Shown one piece after another: positions 22,750 through 35,700 of a DNA stretch of 64,000 bases (within the stretch, counting starts at the first letter, position 1; every line of letters starts with the position of its first letter). The position numbers were made by a program, and so were the translations under genes. Origin of the DNA: Raillietiella orientalis (Eukaryota); the NCBI GenBank assembly GCA_036172245.1, contig JAYWIR010000040.1:1426001-1490000 (forward strand), in the 5' to 3' direction. Under the pieces are notes generated by a model. That model saw only the letters and a list, made by a program, of their open reading frames with translations. It ran no database searches and was not told where the DNA came from.

Positions 22750-24110
22750 GAGGAGACGTCCGCCATCCTGTCCTCGAGGCGGGCGTATGCTTCCAGAAAG
22801 CGCGGCCGATTTGCCCCAGGAACCGAGACGGGATTCGTTTTGATCGCAGGGCTACCGAAAGATGGACCGAAGTGCGAGAGAAGGAGGGAAGCGGAAGATT
22901 GCCGTTACCAGCGTGTCACCACGGAAACTCTCCTTCTCCAAAGCACGACGATGAAACCCGAGGATGCGAGTTGCGTGGGAAAGTGAGGGGGGGGGGTGCC
23001 TTTGACCTTCCAGTCGTGTGGCGCCGGCCTAACCGGGGTGTCACTCGCTTTCAGCGTGAGAGGATGGAACGAGGAAGGACGCAGTCAGACCATGACTCAC
23101 AGCAGCGAAAGGCGCTGTCCACCGTTATTACACCACTTTCCTCCACTCGCCCTGCGGCGCGAGCGCACAGAACGGCGGCGAGCATTCGTTTCGTCCGACG
23201 AGTGAGACTTCCGTTGCCAATGGAGGTGGCACCTATGTTCCCAAATTTCCGTACTTCGGCACCGGCATTCCACCTTGGCTTCAGCCTCCTGGAAACGCAA
23301 ACCCTATTCCTAAACGAAACCGCAATTCCCGGTCCTCTCAGCCGTGACACTCGCGGTGCTTGATGCGGCAACCGCCGAAGAAAAAGCTGCTGGCCGGAGA
23401 CCACCCAAGTCCTCGATCCAAGCCAGCTTTGGAGGTCCAGACGAACATTCCCCTTCCGTCCTGTAATCCGCGGGAGACGGCTCTCCCCTCCTCCATCCCA
23501 CTCGCAATGACGTTTGGAATTTCCTCCGGGAAGCTGAGGAAGGCCCCGATGCCATTTTCCTCCCTGAAGTGACCGCGACAGTTTAGCTTTCACCCCAAAA
23601 CCGGCCTGGTGCAATTCCTCTCTGATCCGGGAAAAAGGCGAAGCGCCCGCCTGGTTCCGACCAGCAGGAGCCCGCCTCCTTCCCAAGGGATGACAGCTGC
23701 TCAACAGGGGCACTTGGCGTCCGACTGCCGTGGTGAAAGAGGACACCAAATCTCCTCGAGGACTTCCGGGACGAGCGTCCTGGGTGGTTGGCCGGACTAG
23801 TGGTTCGCTCAGAAGCAAACTTGCTCTTAGACCGCACGTGGAGCCAGTTGCAACAAGGGGCTGAGCCGGTCGGCTCAGCAATCCTGGATTCCTAGCGGGC
23901 CAGGGAACGGGAGACCGTTTGGATGCAGAAACACCGGGCGCTCTTGCGTTCATGTGACGAGATACGGGCGGGATGAACATCCTTGTTCCCCTGCTCCTCA
24001 GCACCTGCTCCGAGTTGGTGCTAAGGGCGTACAGGGAGACTCTGACCACCCTGCCAGGCTCGTGCCCCGGCAGACCTGTCGTGTCGGGCCCATTACGACG
24101 ATCTTCCTGC
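22750..24110 (-). mobile_element. Decayed R2/NeSL-like (RLE-clade) non-LTR retrotransposon, 3' half
   Basis: Minus-strand pieces occur in the expected order: QDGRGMFVW...SPASSFF, then FRCCESWSDCVLPRSILSR*KRVTPRLGRRH (degenerate CCHC followed by RH), then a hydrophobic IVVLW...VSVV segment. Many frameshifts. Confidence 0.45.
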
Positions 24111-24159
24111 TCCCCATGTCCACCCCAGCGTCAGCACTCGAGTTTCACCCGGGTACGCC

Positions 24160-25140
24160 GGTGTATTTATTTCTCATGAAGAAGAAAAGAACAATCGGTA
24201 AAGTCTGTGGTTGGACCTCTGGTCCACCAGGCGCAATTCCACGGAAACCTCCCGAGTTACCGGTTCTCAGACAAGTGCGGTACTCCACGGCTGCATAGGA
24301 GAGGGGACAAACGAAAAGAAAAAACAAAAATGAAAGATAAATAAAACAAATTTGGGGGCGGGGAGGCGGGAAAGGATCACTATTTGCTGGGGAGGGTCCT
24401 TTGCATCCTCTGCAGGATGCCGATAAGCTCTTGCTGTATTGGGATGTCCAGGTGAGGTCATCGCGTTGCCATCCTCATGAAAAGGACAACGAAGTCTATG
24501 GCATCCCTATCACTATGCCCTCTTCCAGCATGGATCCAGGGAGCGACGATCCCGCGCAGCAGAGAGCTGCGAGGGAGGCTGCTGGCCGAAGTGCGCCGCG
24601 GATTAAGAGAGGGTTCAGAGCGTCCCTGGAGTTGCCGCGGGGTCGCGGCAAATCGCTCCAAGAGGAGTCGGAGTACAACACAATCCACTAGCAGGTGGAG
24701 AAGGGTTCCCGCTCCTCGCACCTTCGTGTCCAGTGATGCTTGCGGGCATTGCCCGTAAGCATCACTGGAGTGAGTTGGGTGAGGGAGGTCCTAGTGCAGA
24801 AGTAGCAACGGCGCCGACTTCTGCCACATCAAGGGGAGGGTCCGGGTGTTCATGAGCACCGAGAGACACTGCCGGTGTTCAAACAGAACATCCAGTAGCT
24901 CGTCCCAGCGCAAAAGTTCACGAGGTCGAGCATTCGGGGTCGCAGTGTCGGTGAGCTGGACCGTCGTTCACTCGCCTAGTCCTCTTCTCTTGCCGGAGAT
25001 CTCCACGGAGACCTCCAATCTGTCCGTAAGGATGCTGTCCATGTGTTTCCTAAGAGAGGGCAGAGCGGAGGTGAAGGAGGTTCTGCTTGTCCATGCAGCT
25101 GGCATCGCAGCATCCTCGAGCTATCCACTCCTCCAGTCTT
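24160..25140 (-). mobile_element. 3' end of an L1/Tx1-like LINE (zf-RVT region, T-rich 3' UTR, AATAAA); copy 1
   Basis: GAGTLLHLLVDCVV is a degenerate CCHC. Colinear nucleotide homology to 47030-47985 in inverted orientation, e.g. shared ATCTGTCCGTAAGGATGCTGTCCATGTGTT and AAGGAGGTTCTGCTTGTCCATGCA. AATAAA on the minus strand at 24166-24171. Confidence 0.8.
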
Positions 25141-25159
25141 TTACTCCTTCCGGAGATGG

Positions 25160-26100
25160 TCACTGAAACCTCCCATTTCGCCGCGATGCTACTCCGGATA
25201 TTCCTTGAGGAGGGACAGTGCTGTGGCGAGGCGTCAGCACTTGAGGGCTTCTTCTGGACGGCGCTGGCGCGTGTGAGAACAGGACGAAGTTGCCCGTCCG
25301 TCCCGTTGGCGCCGGGGTGGGCTGTACGACCTGACTGGATCCGCTTGGGGATCACCACGGTTCAATATTTTGAGTACCTCGGTGTGCCGCTCGGAAATTT
25401 CTCCCCGGAGGAGACGTGGTCCAACTGTCTTTAGAAGGCAGAGTCGGCACTCGACCCGTTCCAGAATGCCAAAACCCTCCTGCCGGAGCAGGCAGCGGTG
25501 GGTTTGTGGCCCTCATCTTTAGTCAACTGCTTTCTGTTTGCCTCCCCCCCTTCTCAGAGATGCAAAAACCCGAACCGAGGACATTCTGCAGAAAGCCATC
25601 TGGGGGACGCAGAGGTCCCGGGTCCGCTTGAGGGACTTATGAGCTCTGCGTAGAGACGGTGGTCTCGGCCTCTTGACGCTGGAACAGAGGGAATGCCAGT
25701 TTCAGCTCAAAAGACTCGCAATGGAGGGAAAATGCTGGACCACGCGTTAGTGCGTGCCAGCGCTCATCCTCTCCAAGCCAGCAGCCAGCTCGGAAGGACC
25801 GGCGTCCTTCCTGGCCACCGTAGACTACCCCAATGCGCGTATCAGCTTGAGCAGACGGATGCCTTGGCACAGAATCATGCGTGGATCTCCTGCTCGCCCG
25901 TGAACCGTAAAGCCTGGACATAGCAAGCAGTTCAGACGTGGACGAAGACGAATGGCACAATCTTGGAGGAAACGCAACGTCTCGTTGCTCGCTGCAAGAG
26001 ATTCCGAAATGCCTCAGAAGACCTCTTGGGTCCAGAGCCCTCTTGATGCAGCTCTGCCTTCGCTTCGAGGGGAGCAGCGACAGTGACGACTAGGCAGTTG
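25160..26100 (+). mobile_element. L1/Tx1-like reverse transcriptase palm/thumb remnant
   Basis: ALEGFFWTALARVRTGRSC...FEYLGVPLGNFSPEETWSNCL (RT domains 6-7, YLGV motif), followed by KAIWGTQRSRVRLRDL*ALRRDGGLGLLTLEQR (thumb GGLGL motif). The 3' boundary is approximate. Confidence 0.75.
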
Positions 26101-26499
26101 GCAGGGGCCTCGTGAGAAGAAAAAACGCCGCTTGTTGCGTTATTGTACGGCGTGTCAGCGCACCATTTTCACTCGGTTGCACCAAAGCGTTTCTTGTTCA
26201 AACAAAGAAGAAACAAACAAGCAGGCCATGTGGATTGGTGGATCCGCCGATCGATGGAAATTTCAGGGGGAAGTTGGGGGAAAAAGAATAAAAAACCATC
26301 AACGCGCGGGCCGACTACACAAAAGGACAGGGAAGGTGCAAGGCAGGGGACTGCAGACCAAGAAATAAAAGGGGAAGGGACAGGGGTCATCAGCCACATC
26401 GTCGCGTCTCCCGTGACCTGCGTGAGAAGCAGGCGGAATCCTCATTCATTCGGATGTCCTTCAAGGGCCGTTTTGCCGCATCCCTAATCACTGTGGAGG

Positions 26500-27300
26500 C
26501 GAGGCGCACGGTCCTCCTTCCCTGCCGGCGCGCCTCCTCAGTGTCCCGGAACGCCACAGTCCTCTTGACGCAGCGCAGGATCGGGGAAGCAGGCAGAGGT
26601 GAGTCCCGCGTGAAACAGCGCGGCAGCAGCTTTTCCGGGTGTCTCGGGGTCGAAGCAGAGAGGCAGCGAAGCGTTTCCCCTGTTGCTGGATTGTGGTGAC
26701 CTCGAAATCCGAAGGTCACCACTGCAATCCAGCAGCACGTGCGTGAAAATTTCCATCTCCTTGCTGCTGGAGCACTTCGGAGAGATGCCGCCTCCCCTTC
26801 GTCTCCTCTTGTAGCACGGGAAGCCCGGCGCACGAACAGAAATGCCTCCTCGTGCTGCCATCCGAGGGAATGAGCAGAGGGGTCCAGGCAGAGGGAGGGG
26901 ATGGGACGCAATTTCAAAGGGAGGGATGACCATGTATTCTGCCCAGCGGGTCAGCGGGCACTGGGTGTCTCTGCCTCAGCCGCCTGGCCCGCCCTCCATC
27001 GGCCCGCCAGTCTCTTCGCTCCTCCTACGAGATCACCCATCCTGTAGGTTGGTTTCTCTCCCATAGGGGCGAAGAGCTGCGGCTGGCGGCTGGCAGTCTG
27101 TCGGATCCACCACTTCTTCCCGTTCCATCCTACTTCCTCCAGGGAGGCTGCTCCCAGGTTGTGGAAGGGACGCATCGGCGCCGCGTCAGTGCGCGCGATG
27201 CGGATCCGGGCACCCGGTGGGTCCCTGCCGCCAGACGCTGCAGTTTGCGGCCGTCATGGCGAGAGAACCGTTGATGTTTTTCCCACAGGGAAGCGATCTG
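26500..27300 (-). mobile_element. Decayed LINE thumb-region remnant
   Basis: GWNGKKWWIRQTASRQP resembles the FxWxGK..W/V segment that precedes GGLG in L1/Tx1 ORF2. Otherwise degraded. Confidence 0.3.
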
Positions 27301-27441
27301 CCCTGGTGGGAACCCGGATGCCTTCATGCGGTCTCGGTTGCGAGGTGGCAGTGACGCCATTCCCTCGCAACCGAACCACTCGTCTTCAGGATTTCGCGCG
27401 CTGACACCACTAGAAATGTGGTCTGTTCCAGTTCCAGGTTC

Positions 27442-27479
27442 GCACCTGTTAGTGCACCTGTTAATGCACCTGTTAGTGC
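27442..27479. repeat. 12-bp tandem repeat x3 (GCACCTGTTA[G/A]T)
   Basis: Directly visible; each unit contains CACCTG. Confidence 0.95.
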
Positions 27480-27486
27480 CCTCCAG

Positions 27487-27819
27487 AGTCTGTGGAAACG
27501 TTTTGCAACTGCCTTGCAAATCTCGATGAGCAGAACCAAGAACATTTTGAAGCCCTCTTCACGCGGAGCGGAATGTCGGCTGCAGCGGCAGCCGCAAGTC
27601 CCTACTGCTGCGGAATGCGTGCTGGTGTTCCGAAGCTGGCGCCGAGAAGGGGTGGAAAGACAAGGATGCTGTTTCTATCGTCGTTTCCTTCTTGAGGATC
27701 GCGACGAAGTGGCTGCTCTTGACGAGCCACAAGGAGAAGCTCCCCAGCATCCTGGAGAGGAATGCAGAGGACTCCAGGGAGGCTGCTGTGATCTCTTCCT
27801 TTACTCCCATAGTTGGTAA
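27487..27819 (+). other. Possible death-domain-like exon or pseudo-exon
   Basis: After ctccag, an open frame reads SLWKRFATALQISMSRTKNI...ECVLVFRSWRREG...FYRRFLLEDRDEVAALDE, which follows the death-domain pattern. No partner exons were found. Confidence 0.35.
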
Positions 27820-28519
27820 AACAAGCGTTTTTTTTTTTTTTTTTTATCTCTCCCTCACCTACGCGGAGCTTGCTTGGCAGGCCTGCTCCCGAGTTGAGAT
27901 CCTCCCTTAACTCATAACGGTATAGCGAGAGTTACAGTTCGACTACTAATGAATAGATTTTTTAATTTATTTTCGTCAGCACCATTTTACAGCAAACGCC
28001 CCGTGGCGATCGAGCGTCGGCAAACCCTCCGAACGTGGCGACCGTTGCAGCCATTTCCGGTTCCGAAGAGAAAAAAAACTCGCACCGTCGGCGCCTCTCG
28101 GCGGGAAAATCTGTGCTCAGCGAGGATCCTCGGAATCTCGAGCGGATTAACTTCACGAACCACCCACCGACTCACTCCAGTGAAAAAAGGCAGAAATCAG
28201 ATACCACGCTCAGAGACGTGGTGCAGAGGAATCTGGCCAATCTCTCCCGCAAGGTGCCAGCACGGATAGCCGGGATGGGTTGAAGCAGCAAATCGATTTG
28301 GTAGACCGGACTGTCCGGACTGTAGAGTTTCCTTGTTTCGGACTCGAAGCTTCATCTGAGATTGAGGAAATGACGTCACGATTTCGAGAGCCCAATTCCG
28401 TGTAGTTTCTCGTTTTCCTAAGACCAAAACACGGATCAGTCCATTCATCAGTCATTTCGTGTTTGCGGGTCTGTGATGTGTTCGAGCAGATAGCGTTGGA
28501 ATTCCCCGAACGGATTTGC

Positions 28520-28645
28520 TGACCTCAAACTGAAGTTCAAGTGCAATGATTCCGAGAAGCTGAGTACTCTTCTTTCGAAGGATAAGGCTCCGGATCTCAT
28601 TGCCTTCTTCACCGAACGATGGCTGAGATCCGCCTCAGATAAAAT
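28520..28645 (+). mobile_element. APE endonuclease N-terminal remnant (CR1/L2/Jockey-like LINE)
   Basis: NDSEKLSTLLSKDKAPDLIAFFTERWL resembles the consensus NK..EL..LL....PDII.ITETWL. Confidence 0.45.
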
Positions 28646-31119
28646 GTAAGCATTGCTTGGAGTAGATAGTTGCACATCATTTTTTCAAGATATGTGCTAT
28701 ATGTGTAGTACCTCTTTACTCGCAAAGGTGTTCTTGGAAAAGTTATCTTGGAAAGCACCGGCATATTTCGTGTGCTTTATGGAACGCTCTATGCCTCATG
28801 ACAGTTTCGTTTCCGGAAGACTTATTCTTTAGTATAACTTTAGTTTTATGTGTTGGTGAAACTAATGGTAATGGCACGGATATAGAGGAAGAGTCAGATC
28901 AACTCAACTGTAATTATGCAAAAGCATATTTCTTAAGGATCGCCTGAGCTTTTCCTTAATTCCCTCTTGATCATCAGTCTAGAGATGCTGATCTGTATTT
29001 GTTCTTGAAATGAGATAAAAAGTACTGGAGGCGAATTCTAAAACTTGCAAAATACTACAACCACGACTTCTGATTAAGATACTGTAATCCAAAAATGTTT
29101 CCTTTCACAAAAGAACCGCGAAAATAGTAATTCGTTTACGAATCCTGACAAGTGCTAATGAAGACTAAAACTGTCCAAGCCAAAATGACCACTATGAAGT
29201 AACGCGAATTTGTCATTATAGAACAAAATGCTAGGCTAGATATTTCTCAGATGATGATGTGTATTGGAGTAAAAAACTCGTACAGAAGATTTTCTTTGAA
29301 TGAGACAAACGCTTAGAGAGTTATGATTCTTTGCAATTAATCAGCGGTAATTCTGCTTCAAAACTTGGAAGCAGAATGTTTCACAAGATAACCAGAAAAG
29401 GGTTGCCATAGCTGACACACACCTCCTCCCTTATTTTCGCAAGAATAAATGGATCTAACGAACTTCTTCCAAAGTTGGAATGTAGCAACAGGCACGAAGT
29501 GCAAAACATGAAAGCATGATGATAGCAATGCTGATGAGCAGGAACACGTGGAATTTATATCAAGATAGGAATTTAAATAATTGAAAAAACAATTGCTACA
29601 ATTGCTATCTGATGTGGGTTAAGAAATCAAGCGATTTCCTCTGATTCTACGTGTAACGTTTGGGATCTTTAGATTGAAATGCTGGGAGGCTTGTAAGAAA
29701 TGACGATGATATTAGAAATCAATAAAACAGGATGAAAGGATACTGACACCCCTTTTCCAGAAAGGAATATTCTGGAAATATTGTTTCTTTTGTAGATAGG
29801 AATTTATTTCAAACAAGTACTTTGAATCAGGTTACGTTGATAAACTCTCCAATTGTATCTTTTACATTTTGTTTTGTTTTCCAGATAAGCTTCCACAAAT
29901 TTCTCTATTCTCTCTCACTTTTAATTCCGATGTTTCGAATCCATGTGAGACTTCTGCTTTGAAAAATCGACAATGATTAAAATGGAGCATTAGAAGTCTG
30001 GAAGGTACTCAACAAAATAACCATGTAAAAATGTGCACCTCATGTTACATTAATTCGTTACAAGTATCGGTGTTTGCATCTGGCTTTTATGTTGAATTCT
30101 AAATGGTCTAGTGAATCGATTCTCACTATTTGGGATTATATCGTTGAAGAGCATCTTTGCATCGAAATCGCTGCCTGGATTTCGACATATAATCTCGTGA
30201 AACCTTCATATCAGTGAAAGGAGATAATCGTCAACTGTATTTCGGCAAGGATCTGTAAAAAAAAATCACTAAAAAGCAAATAGCAGTTGCCGGTTTTACT
30301 GAAAGCTGCTCTGTTCACATAATGCTGTACTATCTACTCATTAGTTTTTTTTTTTTTCTTTGGAAGCCTTAAGCAAGGTTTTTATTATTCTTTCAAAACG
30401 TGAGCTATGAGAAAAAAAGGTTAAGGATCAAAATTAGCAGAGGAAGGGAGCAAAAGATGGAAACGTGCCCTGAAACCAATACGTAACGTGCTGGAACACG
30501 AGATGAAAAAATACTTGCTGCAAGAGCAGTATATCCAATAAAAAAAAAAAAAAAGAGCAGTCTTAGAAAATTAAAAATTTTTCATAGAACGGCATGGCAC
30601 AATAAATCTGTTACTGGAACCTACGAATGTTGAGCAAAAATGCATGAAATGGGCTTTCCGATAAATAAATTAGCAACATATAGATTAATAATGATTTGGG
30701 CATCCTTATCTGCGCTTGCTTTTATCTACGTGCGGTGCGTTAAAGTACGTTCTCACTAGGTCTTGTTTATATTATGTACTTTTTCATGCCCATACATCTT
30801 AAGCATTTGCCTATTGGAGCGAGAAATCGAGACCCGAATACGGCATGCATTTGTTTTTGTTTTCGTTTTTTTTCACTTTTGGTGGTTTCTATTGTACAGC
30901 AGCGACCATCAGAAGTCGCGATGGGGTGAGAGGAGAATCTCCTCTGGTAAACGGCGGAAGATTACCTCTGAAAAGTACGTTTTCGGAAAAAATGGAGATA
31001 AGAATTGAAAGATGAGAACTGTCATTCTTGAGATAACGTTCGTTTCAGAATGACGGAAATCGGACATGAGGCTGCTTGATGTTTTGTATGTAATATGAAG
31101 TACAAATAATGATTTCAGT

Positions 31120-33773
31120 ATGCGTTTTACCCTAGGTGTGAAGAATTACGAAAACATGATTTGCGATTTTTATCATTTAGCAGTTGGAAAGTTGAAGGAA
31201 TTTTCAATTATCCCAATTAACAGGGAATTGGTAGAGTTGACACTGATTGTTATTATTCTTACCTTGGTGCTCGAACATGCATGGAATTTCAGATACAAGG
31301 GTAATTATTCACAGAAAGCAACATAATATAATTTGTTTGCTGTGCAGATGTGTTGTGGCCAATTACTATTAACTCCATGCATTTTAAAATTTTGTTTTAT
31401 GTTTTGAATCCGTAAAGTCCTCAAAAATCCTATTATAAAATCAAGCTCTTACTATTTTGCCTTTAATCAGCATATATTGCAGTGCAAATAAAAGTTTTGT
31501 CGATTGTTCACAATTTTACTATTGTGGTTTAATACAGTTATAACTCCTTAAATTATTTATTTGCATTCCATTGAGTTGGTGCAATCAGCTTGTGTGTCCT
31601 TTTAGAATCTTTTGGTTACTGGAAGCAGAGAATCTTTCTAATTTTGAGAAAATTGCCCCCAATCAGAAATAGAATTGCTTCAGAGAAAAAAGGACTTTTT
31701 CAGTCTTTTTTGAAAGAATTTGTTAAACACTCAACTGGTATGCCGGAGTTTTCGTTTCTTCCCCAGAAAAGAGAGTCCCCTAAGACAGTTGTGGAGTATG
31801 CAAAAAAATATATGCAGTTAGGTACAATCTGTGTTTTTTATTCAAGTCAATATTATGTGACTTTGTGAAAAATTTAAATTGGTGATCTATGTTCAGTTAT
31901 AATGCATAAAGAGAGTTGGCAGTTATCAAAAAGTGATTTATTTCATTCTATATTTGCATTTTTTGTTCTTGGTGATGTCTTTTCACGTATAATGGATGAT
32001 GTTTTGACTCCTGCATATTATCTGACCAAAGCAGTATTTTTTTTTACTCATAGTATACAAACTTTGTGACATAACACGGATTTTTTTTTCTTTCTCTCCT
32101 TTTGTTATTTTGAAGAAATCTCTTTGTGTCTGATATCACCAGTTTCAAGTGAACTTAGCATATGAAATCTCTGATCTGCAATCATCTCACAGGTCCATAT
32201 GATTGGAAGAGTGGCAAATTATCTGGAGCTGTGTATATAAATGATATGGATCTCTTACAATTGCAAAATGAAGTGTATGCTCTTGCATCTCTGTGTAATC
32301 CTCTTCATGCTGATATATTTCCTGGACTGCGCATAATGGAAGCAGAAATTGTTCGTATGTGCTGTAATCTATTCAAAGGTGGTCCTGATTCAGTTGGCAT
32401 GGTAAGTGTGCTAGTGCTGTAAGTTATAAACATGATATTATAGGTAACATCTGGTGGTACTGAATCAATTTTGTTAGCATGTTTGGCTTACAGAAACTAT
32501 GCCCGTAATGTGAGATGCATCAGTCATCCAGAAATGGTGATTCCTGTTACTGCTCATGCAGCATTTGATAAAGCAGGTGCATTATTTGGTATCCATGTTA
32601 TTCATGTCGATGTTTGTCCAGATACTATGTGTGCCTCTGTCAAGGCCATGAAAAGAGCCATCACAAAGCAGACTTGCATGGTATTACTAGAAATCTTTAA
32701 AACTCTGTAATGTTTTATTAGTTAGTTGCTTCAGCACCAGCATTTCCTCATGGATCTATAGATCCTGTTGCAGAAATTGCCCAGTTAGGGTCTTCCTGTC
32801 AAATTCCTGTTCATATAGATTGTTGCTTAGGTGGATTTTTGCTTCCTTTTATGGAAGAGGCTGGTTTCTCTGTTGCTCCATTTGATTTTTCTGTGCCTGG
32901 AGTGACCAGCATATCTTGTGACACTCACAAAGTAATTTTAGACAGAAGGAATTTCATAACAAAAAGTTCTTTTTAGTATGGTTGTGCCCCGAAAGGCTCA
33001 TCAGTTATTCTTTACAGAAGTGCTGTATATCGTTCACAGCAATATTCTGTGCAACCTAACTGGCCTGGAGGAGTGTATGCTACTCCTACTTTGGCTGGAA
33101 GTCGTCCTGGAGGTGAGACAGCTGTTCTTTTCTTGATGTTCATTCATTCAATCAGGTTTGAGTGCTGCATGCTGGTCATCCTTACTTTACTATGGACGGG
33201 AAGGTTATGTGAACAACACCAAGCGCATTATAAGTACAACACGCTACATAGCTGATAAATTGATAAGTAGGAACACTTGCCAATTCTGATCAACAATTAA
33301 GCTTGTAGGCATCCCCAGCATTTTTATTATAGGCGAACCAAAAGTTTGTGTGATTGCCTTTAGCTCAAATCAGTTTGATATTTATCTGCTGCTAGACAAA
33401 TTACTAAGCAAAGGATGGAATTTAAATCCGTTACAGTTCCCCCCTAGGTTTGTGCTGCAAAGTTTATTGCCTCCTATTCAAGTAGTATACATTTATGTGT
33501 TACACTTTGCCACACACCTGAAGGAATAGCCGATCAGTTTGTGAGTGACTGTAGAGAAGCTGCAGAATCGCTGCTAAAACAGCCTAGTCAGTCAGCACCC
33601 CAAAATGCAGTAAGTTAAGATATTTATGTCTCTAGTTGCTATTGTGGTTCCAGTGCGCCATCTATGGTAGAGCACAGATGCTACCAGATCGTAGTATAGT
33701 GTCTGAATTTGCAAGTTTGTATCTGGATGCATATTATTGTATAGGAGATTCTACAGTGCCCAACTCCCCATGA
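31120..33773 (+). CDS. SGPL1: Sphingosine-1-phosphate lyase (PLP-dependent), about 560 aa, 10 exons: 31120-31300, 31606-31821, 32193-32401, 32444-32680, 32722-32931, 32977-33112, 33156-33266, 33309-33447, 33486-33609, 33654-33773
   Basis: All introns are GT-AG and preserve frame. Motifs: N-terminal hydrophobic anchor, [58 protein letters not shown] (PLP lysine), [29 protein letters not shown]...PDRSIV. The start codon is uncertain (31120, 31156, or an upstream micro-exon at 30921). Confidence 0.97.
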
Positions 33774-34899
33774 CTGATGTTCCATGACTTGAATTACACA
33801 TGTAGTATTTATTACCCACGTTTGTATTTAATGTGTAGGCAATTCAAAAGCCCAGTTATCCTAGCATTTCTGTCCCCGAAGAGAGTTCTACCGGTTTTTA
33901 GGAATCCAATTGTATTCTTATTTGCCTGTTCCTTTTACAAAAAAGGAAGTGAAATGAGTCCTTAGGTTTACCTTCTCTACTAACCATGCCGCGATCATTT
34001 ACTGTTGGCTGGCCATCCATTGTGCGCAGTATTCTTCGTCTCGATTATTGTAGTAGATGAAAGTCATTCCAGCAGTGCCAGGCAGGACATGGTTTTTTTT
34101 TTTTTTTTTTTTTATTTATTCTGTCCTGATGCGCATTTGACTCCCAGCACTTCCGCTGCCCACGAAAAGCGCGCGTCTCGATCGGTTTCATCGTCTCCTA
34201 GCAAGGCAGTTGATGAAAACCTCTGACGTCATGAGACTGGAAGAAATTCTCCGCTGTTCTCGCTGAATGATTCAACGGGCTGCGGTTGTTTTTTTGTTTG
34301 TTGCAGATAGTTCTTTCCTCTCTCTCTCGCTCTCCCCGTAATTCCAATTTTATAACAAGCACAGATTCTCACCGAAGAAGTTGGGCTCGGACTTCTGAAG
34401 TACTTCTGAACCATAATAATATGACTTCTCTCCTAATGATGGGCTTCTCATTCTTCATGACATTCTTCCTACATCTCCTTCGCGCTCCTTACCAAAGAAA
34501 AAACCGAAACAGACTCGAAAGCGCCTCTGTTCGAAGCAGACTTTTTTTGTTTTTTCTTAAATGGAAAGAGTACAAAGCGTCATAGGACGGTGCCTTGGTT
34601 TTGAGCGGATCACATACGGGGGGAGGCCATTGAAGCTTAAGTGTGTTTCATCTGAAAGCTTTGAGCACTCAAGGGAGCCAGTGGACCGTATCTAATGTAT
34701 TCCATCGAGAAGGGCATACAGCGAGTAGACGAGTTGGAATCGCGATCCCACTTGCGATCACAACTTGAAAGTGATTTGTGCGTAAACAGCCTCTGTCTGA
34801 CCTCTTATTCCGTTTGGTGGTTCCGTTGAATTATGGAACGGACCTGATTCGCCCTCGCATACTTTGCGCCTCCTTTTCCGAGGCTGCTGTGGAGGAGGA

Positions 34900-35700
34900 A
34901 CCCTCGACTCATGAAGCCAGCCTACCGACTGAAGGAGCCGAATGAAAATCTTCGCGCTGGGCTTGGCCTAGATCGACCTAAGCGACGTGCGACAGGCAGA
35001 CTCCAGCAGAAAAATCGCCGTGCCGTGACCGTCGCGCTTTCGCGATTCGGCAGGGCTGGGAGGAAGGAACTCCTGCTCGAGGGAAGCAGGAACGCCGCGG
35101 CTTTCGGAGGTGGGGAATGGCGGGTCCTGCGGAAGCGAAGACGTGGCAGGCGCTGCCCGAAGACGTAGAACGGTAGACGACGACTCCCGAGTTGAGAAGC
35201 GCCCTGGGGAGAGAACGGTGCCAGGATCGGATCGCTAGCATCTCTATGAGATTAGGTGCAGGATAAAGGACATTCCGGCAGTCTTGGACGGCCATCCAAC
35301 CATTTGCTGTTTGCAGCTCGGAAAAAAAAAATCACCTGCTAGAAGCTTGCTTGGAGATTCCCCAAGGTCAGTAGAAGAACGAAGCGCTGCTATGAAATAA
35401 GGAATGACAAGGCACGCCGACAGGGAATGGCCATAGACGACAACGCACGTAAATGTGGACCTCGAATTTCTTCCCCAGAGCTGCTGTCTTTGTTTCCCGT
35501 TCTGAGAGCGATGTCTTTGTTCCTCGTTCTGAGTATTTTCCACTATGTGGCCATGTGTGTACGAACCCGTGACTGCATAGGGATGGGGAAGTGAGTGGCT
35601 CTTCGCGAATGTACCCCATTTCTGGCTGATGCTCTCGGGAGAGCTGTGACCGTCGCTTTGATTTCGGACGGGATTATTCGCGCGGATCAGCCTGCCACGC
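34900..35700 (-). mobile_element. Decayed APE-type LINE remnant in a GC-richer patch between the two housekeeping genes
   Basis: FTCVVVYGHS...FIAALRSS...KLLAGDFF resembles the APE VY.P...GDFN motifs. Boundaries are approximate. Confidence 0.35.
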
